A DNA stretch of 64,000 nt from Octopus sinensis. Its lineage: Eukaryota. Shown piece after piece: positions 57,767 through 64,000 of this stretch. Below the pieces are notes generated by a model, which saw nothing but the letters and a program-made list of their open reading frames with translations, was not told the DNA's origin and did not search any database. Both the position numbers and the translations under genes were made by a program. Location: the NCBI RefSeq assembly GCF_006345805.1, contig NC_042998.1:107012001-107076000 (forward strand), given 5' to 3'. Every line of letters begins with the position of its first letter. Position 1 is the stretch's first letter.

Positions 57767-58301
57767 ATATATTATATATATATATATATATACTTATTTA
57801 TTTATATATATATATATGTTTGTATATATATTATATAGATAGATAGATATAGATATATAGATATATATGTTTTTGTATATATATATATAGTCTGTATGTA
57901 TATACATATATATACATATATACATACAGTCAGTATATATAAAAATATATATGTATGTATGTAGGTATATATGTATGTATGTATGTATGTGTGTGTGTGT
58001 GTGTACTAAATCCATACAGTGTTTTTATATAGAGTGGCACATGTGTTCATGCATGTAATGGTAATGTGTATGCGAGTGCAAGTGGATGTGTAAGTACTAG
58101 GTTATTTTCCATTTAACAGTCTCTGCAGTAACGAAGACATTTCCTCAACTGGCCCGTAAAAATTGAAAATTCACTGTATGTATCAAACACATGCGAATAC
58201 ACACACTCAGACACAAACACACACACACAAACACATACGAACATGCACATATACACACGTCCACTCATATATGTCCGTGTGTGTGTGTATTTATATGCAT
58301 G

Positions 58302-58333
<32 letters not shown>

Positions 58334-58690
58334 CTCACGCACACAAACAACACACACACACACACACATACACACACACACACGTTATTGAATTATTATA
58401 AGTTTCGGATACGAAACTCTCGGCTCGTGACTCACTTCTGCATGTTATATTGATACACATACCAACTGCACGGTAAAAATATAGACCTAATTACATGAAG
58501 TTAATAAAAACGTGAGAAATAGCTGCTCTAAAACACTAGCAAGATATTCTACATATATGAATAGAAAATATAAGCAAATAAAAGTTGATAGTAATAGAAT
58601 CCACTCTTAATAAATTGACATAATTTAATAAGTTTGGTGACGCAAACAGGAAAAAGAAAACTCAATACATGATTATATATATATATATAT

Positions 58691-58958
58691 ATAGTCATAT
58701 CATTGGCTCTTACCCTCGGTTTGATAATAAAGTTCACTTTTACACGAACAAGACAAAGGCCAGTCCAGCATTAAATTCCCCGTCTATGCTGATTCAACAC
58801 ATCATGAACATCACGCTCACAAGCAAAAACAAAATCAATTATATCCCACTGCTTCGAGCCTGAATGTAACCATATGGTTCAGTATCTTTCTGCTGGAACA
58901 TGGCATAAATCTAGTTCCTGACACATTTGGAGCAGTAACAAGCCATTACTATTGTACT
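58691..58958 (+). repeat. 268-bp direct duplicate of 56667-56934 embedded between (TA)n tracts
   Basis: ATAGTCATATCATTGG...CTATTGTACT appears identical by eye at an offset of 2024 bp. Confidence 0.95.
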
Positions 58959-59041
58959 ATATATATATATGTAGGTCCCGGGTTGAGTCGGGGTTAACCA
59001 CAGTAAATAAGGTACTCAATACATTGCAGAATAAAGTAATT

Positions 59042-59166
59042 TATTTTATAGAAGAGCTTCTACAGGACTAGAACTGTTTCATTCAGATGAAATCTTCAGG
59101 AAGCTTCCTGAATATTTCATCTGAATGAAACAGTTCTAGTCTTGTAGAAGCTCCTTCTATAAAATA
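59042..59166. ncRNA. Head-to-head hammerhead pair forming a 125-bp palindrome
   Basis: Minus: GCTTC-CTGAAGA-TTTCATCTGAAT-GAAAC-AGTTCTAGTCCT-GTA-GAAGC (intact, 59056-59104); plus copy has CTGAATA (G8 to T); centre GGAAGCTTCC. Confidence 0.8.
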
Positions 59167-60334
59167 TAATATATATATATATATATATATGAATAAAGGG
59201 TAAACATTTAAATATTAATTTTACCAGTGACCAACGTGAGTAAAAATATCCCTAGACTGCAAATATTATATTATATGTGTATAAAAATTATACACGAAGG
59301 GAGAAGCCACTTATTTAAAATAAGAATAGGTTTTTCGTGGTTTGGGATTTAACTCCCATTTCTAGCGTGCTGGAAAACCACTTAGTGGCTTTTCCCTTTG
59401 TGTATAATTTTTATACACACATATAATTATATATATATATATATATAAATTCAGGGTGAATACTTGATAGTTGTAAGCACCTGTATATACCATTTAGTGG
59501 TGTAGGTGATAGAGTATATTAATCAAAATAAAAACATGATTCAAAGGATTTAGCGGTACATATGTTTCGGGCCTTTATTAGACGGTTTTATAACAATGCA
59601 TAATTGATGTAAATGTGTCTATGGCCTTCTATGCGCTTCTTCATACAGTGTCGTGTCTACTTCTTCAGTTTACGTACTACTTCAAGGACATATATTACGT
59701 TATAAGTTTTACGGTGGGGATGCAAATCCTCATAGTTGCGTACGACAGAGTGGGGCACCAACACGAAATCGAAGCGTCCATCCCGCTTTTGACTCGATGT
59801 AGAATGGGGAAGTTTGGATATTGAGCTAGAGAGGGAAGGGGTGGGGGGTTGAATCTTTAGTGAGTTAGGGCTCACAAAGGGGGAGTAGAAGAGTAAAAGA
59901 TTACAAAAAAGTAAAATTTTAAAAAATATATAAAAAAGGTATAAGAATGTAAAAAAAGATATAAGAATATAAAAAAATATATAAGAATATAAAAAATATA
60001 TATAAGAGTATAAAAAAAGTATCTATGTATATAAATATATAAATAAATATATAAATATATATACATAAATACACGCGGACGTGAAAAAAACATGGTAATA
60101 TAAATAAATAGAGATATAGATAAAGAAGCGAAAATTAAGGACGAAAATATACATATACATATATATATATATATTATTATTATTATTAATAATAATATTA
60201 ACCTAGATATTTAGTAGAAGTAACTGAGTGACTCAACAACCGAGTGTTTCGTGCGTTAGCTTCTGCTAAATATTAATGAAATATAATTTAATAACAATAT
60301 TTTATTATAGCCCAAACCTTGACAGTTGACTTCA

Positions 60335-60742
60335 TGGAACGGAAGCTTTAAAAAGCCGTCTTATATAGATATCTAAATGTGTTTTAAATGTGTGTGGGTG
60401 GGGTTGGGGTGTAAAGATCCCTTCGGTTATGAATGACCATAGGATTGCGCCTAGAAGGTTCCCCTCCGAGGCACAAGTCCGGGCAAGGTTGTTTATGGAA
60501 GGCTTGCAGTTGCCCATGCATACCAGCCTCCCCCTCCTCACCACTAATGTTATCCAAGGGAAAGGCAAAGGTCGATACAGCGTGGCACCAGTGACGACAC
60601 AACTCATTTCTACAGCAGAGTGACCTGGAGCAACGTGAAATAAAGTGTCTTGCTCAAGGATGCCACACACAGCCCGGTCCGAGAATCGAACTCATTACGT
60701 TATGATAGACAGTTTGATGCTCTAACCACTAAGCCATGTGCC
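60335..60742 (-). mobile_element. SINE family A
   Basis: Homologous to 2455-2782. Confidence 0.85.
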
Positions 60743-61094
60743 ATGTGTGTGTGTGTGTGTGTGTGTGCGTGTGTGTGTGTGTGCGCGTGAGTGTGTGCGT
60801 GTGTATGTATATTTATGTATAGATAATATATATATAACAAAAGAGGGTGTGTATATATGCACACACGCACCCACACACACACACATACGGGTATGTGTGT
60901 CTTTGTATATGTGTCTGTCTCGAACCATTGGTTCTGATGGTTGGGGACAAACACGATTTGACATAAAAGCGTGATAGTATAAATGCTGTTGTCGATTTGT
61001 CTGACGAAAATTTCTTCAAGGCTGTGCCCCAGCATGGCTGCAGTTTAATGTCTGAAACAAGTAAAAACCAATAAAAGAAATAGAATATATATAT

Positions 61095-61320
61095 ATTTCT
61101 CTATTACCCACAAGGGGCTAAACATAGAGGGGACAAACAAGGATAGACAAACGGATTAAGCCGATTACATCGACCCTAGTGCGAAACTGGTACTTTTATT
61201 TATCGACCCCGGAAGGATGAAAGGCAAAGTCGACCTCGGCGGAATTTGAACTCAGAACGTAACGACAGACGAAATACCACAAAGCATTTTGCCCGGCGTG
61301 CTAACGTTTCTGCCAGCTCG

Positions 61321-61322
<2 letters not shown>
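61095..61322 (-). mobile_element. SINE family C
   Basis: Homologous to 41345-41576. Confidence 0.9.
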
Positions 61323-61409
<87 letters not shown>

Positions 61410-61414
61410 GTATG

Positions 61415-61471
<57 letters not shown>

Positions 61472-61495
61472 AATATATAAATATTCTATATATAT

Positions 61496-61557
<62 letters not shown>

Positions 61558-61938
61558 GTATTAGAAATAGTTTTAAAAAAGTTTTTTAGCTGCTATTTCT
61601 AATGAGTTCAGTATGCGGCAAAGTAATTTATTTTACTAATGTAATAATTTGAATTCGCCTTAAATGGCCCTTTGCATACTGAATACTTGGTGAAATTGAT
61701 TAATAATTAATTTTACCCTCAATTGTTGAAATTATAATTCATCTCTCTCTATATAATGCCGCGGACTTTACCGAAAAAAGCATAGTGTTTACTGGAAAGG
61801 AGGAGGAGAGCAGAAATTCTTCGCTTGCATTTTTGGGTTTGTTGGGACTGTTAGTTGGGAGCAGATCTTCAGAAGCGAGAGGAAGCCGAAAGGGTATGCT
61901 CCCACTTTCAGTGTTTTCAAATCCAAACCAGGGAGTTC

Positions 61939-61990
61939 TGAGCTGATGATAGAAATGTCGTGTTGACTAATCTTGAAACGTACGTTCTCA
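61939..61990 (+). ncRNA. Type I hammerhead motif, intact core (GUU triplet)
   Basis: TGAG-CTGATGA-TAGAAATGTCGTGTTGACTAATCTT-GAAAC-GTAC-GTT-CTCA. Confidence 0.8.
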
Positions 61991-62672
61991 AATAACCTTT
62001 GCGCTTGATTTTTTAATGTCTCTACCCCCATATTTGCGTGAGTTGAATTGAGCAAACACTATATGAGAGAGGTTTTCTTTAAGTATTAGAAATAGTTTTA
62101 AAAAAGTTTTTTAGCTGCTATTTCTAATGAGTTCAGTATGCGGCAAAGTAATTTATTTTACTAAGCCCTTTTATATAATGTAATAATTTGAATTCGCCTG
62201 AAAGTGGGAGCATACCCTTTCGGCTTCCTCTCGCTTCTGAAGATCTGCTCCCAACTAACAGTGCCAACAAACCCAAAAATGCAAGCGAAGAATTTCTGCT
62301 CTCCCCTTTCCACCAGCGTGGGTTAAAATCAGTAAACACTATGCTTTTTTCGGTAAAGTCCGCGGCATTATATAGAGAGAGATGAATTATAATTTCAACA
62401 ATTGAGGGTAAAATTAATTAATTAATCAATTTCACCAAGTATTCAGTATGCAAAGGGACCATTTAAGGCGAATTCAAATTATTACATTATATAAAAGGGC
62501 TTAGTAAAATAAATTACTTTGCCGCATACTGAACTCATTAGAAATAGCAGCTAAAAAACTTTTTTAAAACTATTTCTAATACTTAAGAAACCTCTCTCAT
62601 ATAGTGTTTGCTCAATTCAACTCACGCAAATATGGGGGTAGAGACATTAAAAAATCAAGTGCAAAGGTTATT

Positions 62673-62724
62673 TGAGAACGTACGTTTCAAGATTAGTCAA
62701 CACGACATTTCTATCACCAGCTCA
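62673..62724 (-). ncRNA. Hammerhead motif with core substitution (CTGGTGA, A6 to G)
   Basis: Plus strand TCACCAG at 62714-62720; rest matches 61939-61990. Confidence 0.75.
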
Positions 62725-62752
62725 GAACTCCCTGGTTTGGATTTGAAAACAC

Positions 62753-62838
<86 letters not shown>

Positions 62839-62887
62839 ATATATATATATATATATCGCCCGGCGTGCTAACGTTTCTGCCAGCTCG

Positions 62888-62991
<104 letters not shown>

Positions 62992-63330
62992 ATAGATATA
63001 TAGTATATATAGCCCGAAATTATAATGTATGTGTGACGTTTTCCAATGCTGAAAATTAATGTTTAATGAAAATGGTATTTCAATGAAAACAAATATCAAT
63101 TGAATTTCGCAGATGAATGTCGATTGAAAATTAAATGTAACTCATTATAATTGGAACAAATGTGATTGTTGAATAGAGTTGGGTTGAAAAATTTAGCATC
63201 AACAACAATTTGGTGTGTTTATTTTAATGGCCTACCAATGTATAGTGCATTTTTCTGCCCTAGGTGTCAGGAAGACACTCGGCAAGAAATGGAAACACAA
63301 TTGAAAGATGATAATGAAAATAATAATAAT

Positions 63331-63412
<82 letters not shown>

Positions 63413-64000
63413 GTCTCTTTTATTAACCACAAGGTCTTCAGTATAGACAGAATAAAGAAATCTTCACTAAGGATTAAAAAGACAGAATACGAAAATAGAA
63501 ACATGGAGTGTGAAGAAAAAAAGCCTTCACTTATTCGGAGTGAAGAAGACACATTACACAATACATGGAAAATTAAGATTTTATTGATAAACACATATGC
63601 ACACATATACGCATACACATACAAACACACACATACACTTATAGATACGTATATGTACATATTCATAAACCTTACACATACATGATATCTGTATACATAA
63701 ATACACGCATTTGCACTAGAATAAATATATAAAGTTACAATTATACGTAATAATTTAAGCAATATATAATAAAATGGAATCAAAACATATAAATAATTTC
63801 TTATCTTGGGTAAATCCATTCCAGATATCATTTTTCAAATTGTTTATGAATGCATTTTTGGAAACATTTCCTTTTTAAGGGGAAAGCGCAACATAAATTT
63901 TGAGAATAGTCTTTTCTAGGTTCAGTGTAATGTTTTAGCTTTAATTTTACTTATAATCTATATTTTACGAGTTGTTTAAATTCTGGATCTAAACGTTCTT

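Larger units (their letters stand above)
61557..62752. mobile_element. Retrozyme-like array: ~1.2 tandem units (+) followed by one inverted unit
   Basis: GTATTAGAAATAGTTTT recurs at 61558 and 62083 (period 525 with a ~14-bp deletion); orientation flips at 62199; no coding ORF; one HHR per unit; (TA)n on both sides. Confidence 0.85.

Noticed and set aside
59550-59640. Minus-strand GAAAC-ATAT-GTA with stem II GGCC/GGCC
   Set aside because: The CTGANGA core is not present at the required position; at best a degenerate remnant.

Overview
A very AT-rich, microsatellite-saturated eukaryotic window with no recognisable host protein-coding gene, rRNA or tRNA gene. The repeat content (tRNA-derived SINEs with internal microsatellites, RTE, CR1-group and R4/Dong-type LINE relics, hAT MITEs, Helitrons, a Tc1/mariner relic, dense (TA)n/(TACA)n/(GATA)n) suggests an octopus/coleoid genome; this is inference from repeat style, not a database match. 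Almost all supplied ORFs are microsatellite translation artefacts. The main signal is a set of minimal type I hammerhead ribozyme (HHR) motifs of the Penelope/retrozyme type. One ORF-less ~540-bp HHR-bearing unit occurs as circularly permuted, fold-back copies at 4.0-4.75 kb and 61.6-62.75 kb, i.e. a candidate non-LTR retrozyme family. Unrelated HHR-bearing fragments lie at 13.0, 13.5, 38.7 and 59.1 kb, mostly beside or within (TA)n tracts and often with fold-backs or locally templated duplications. All ribozyme calls are by-eye motif and pairing assignments; activity is untested.
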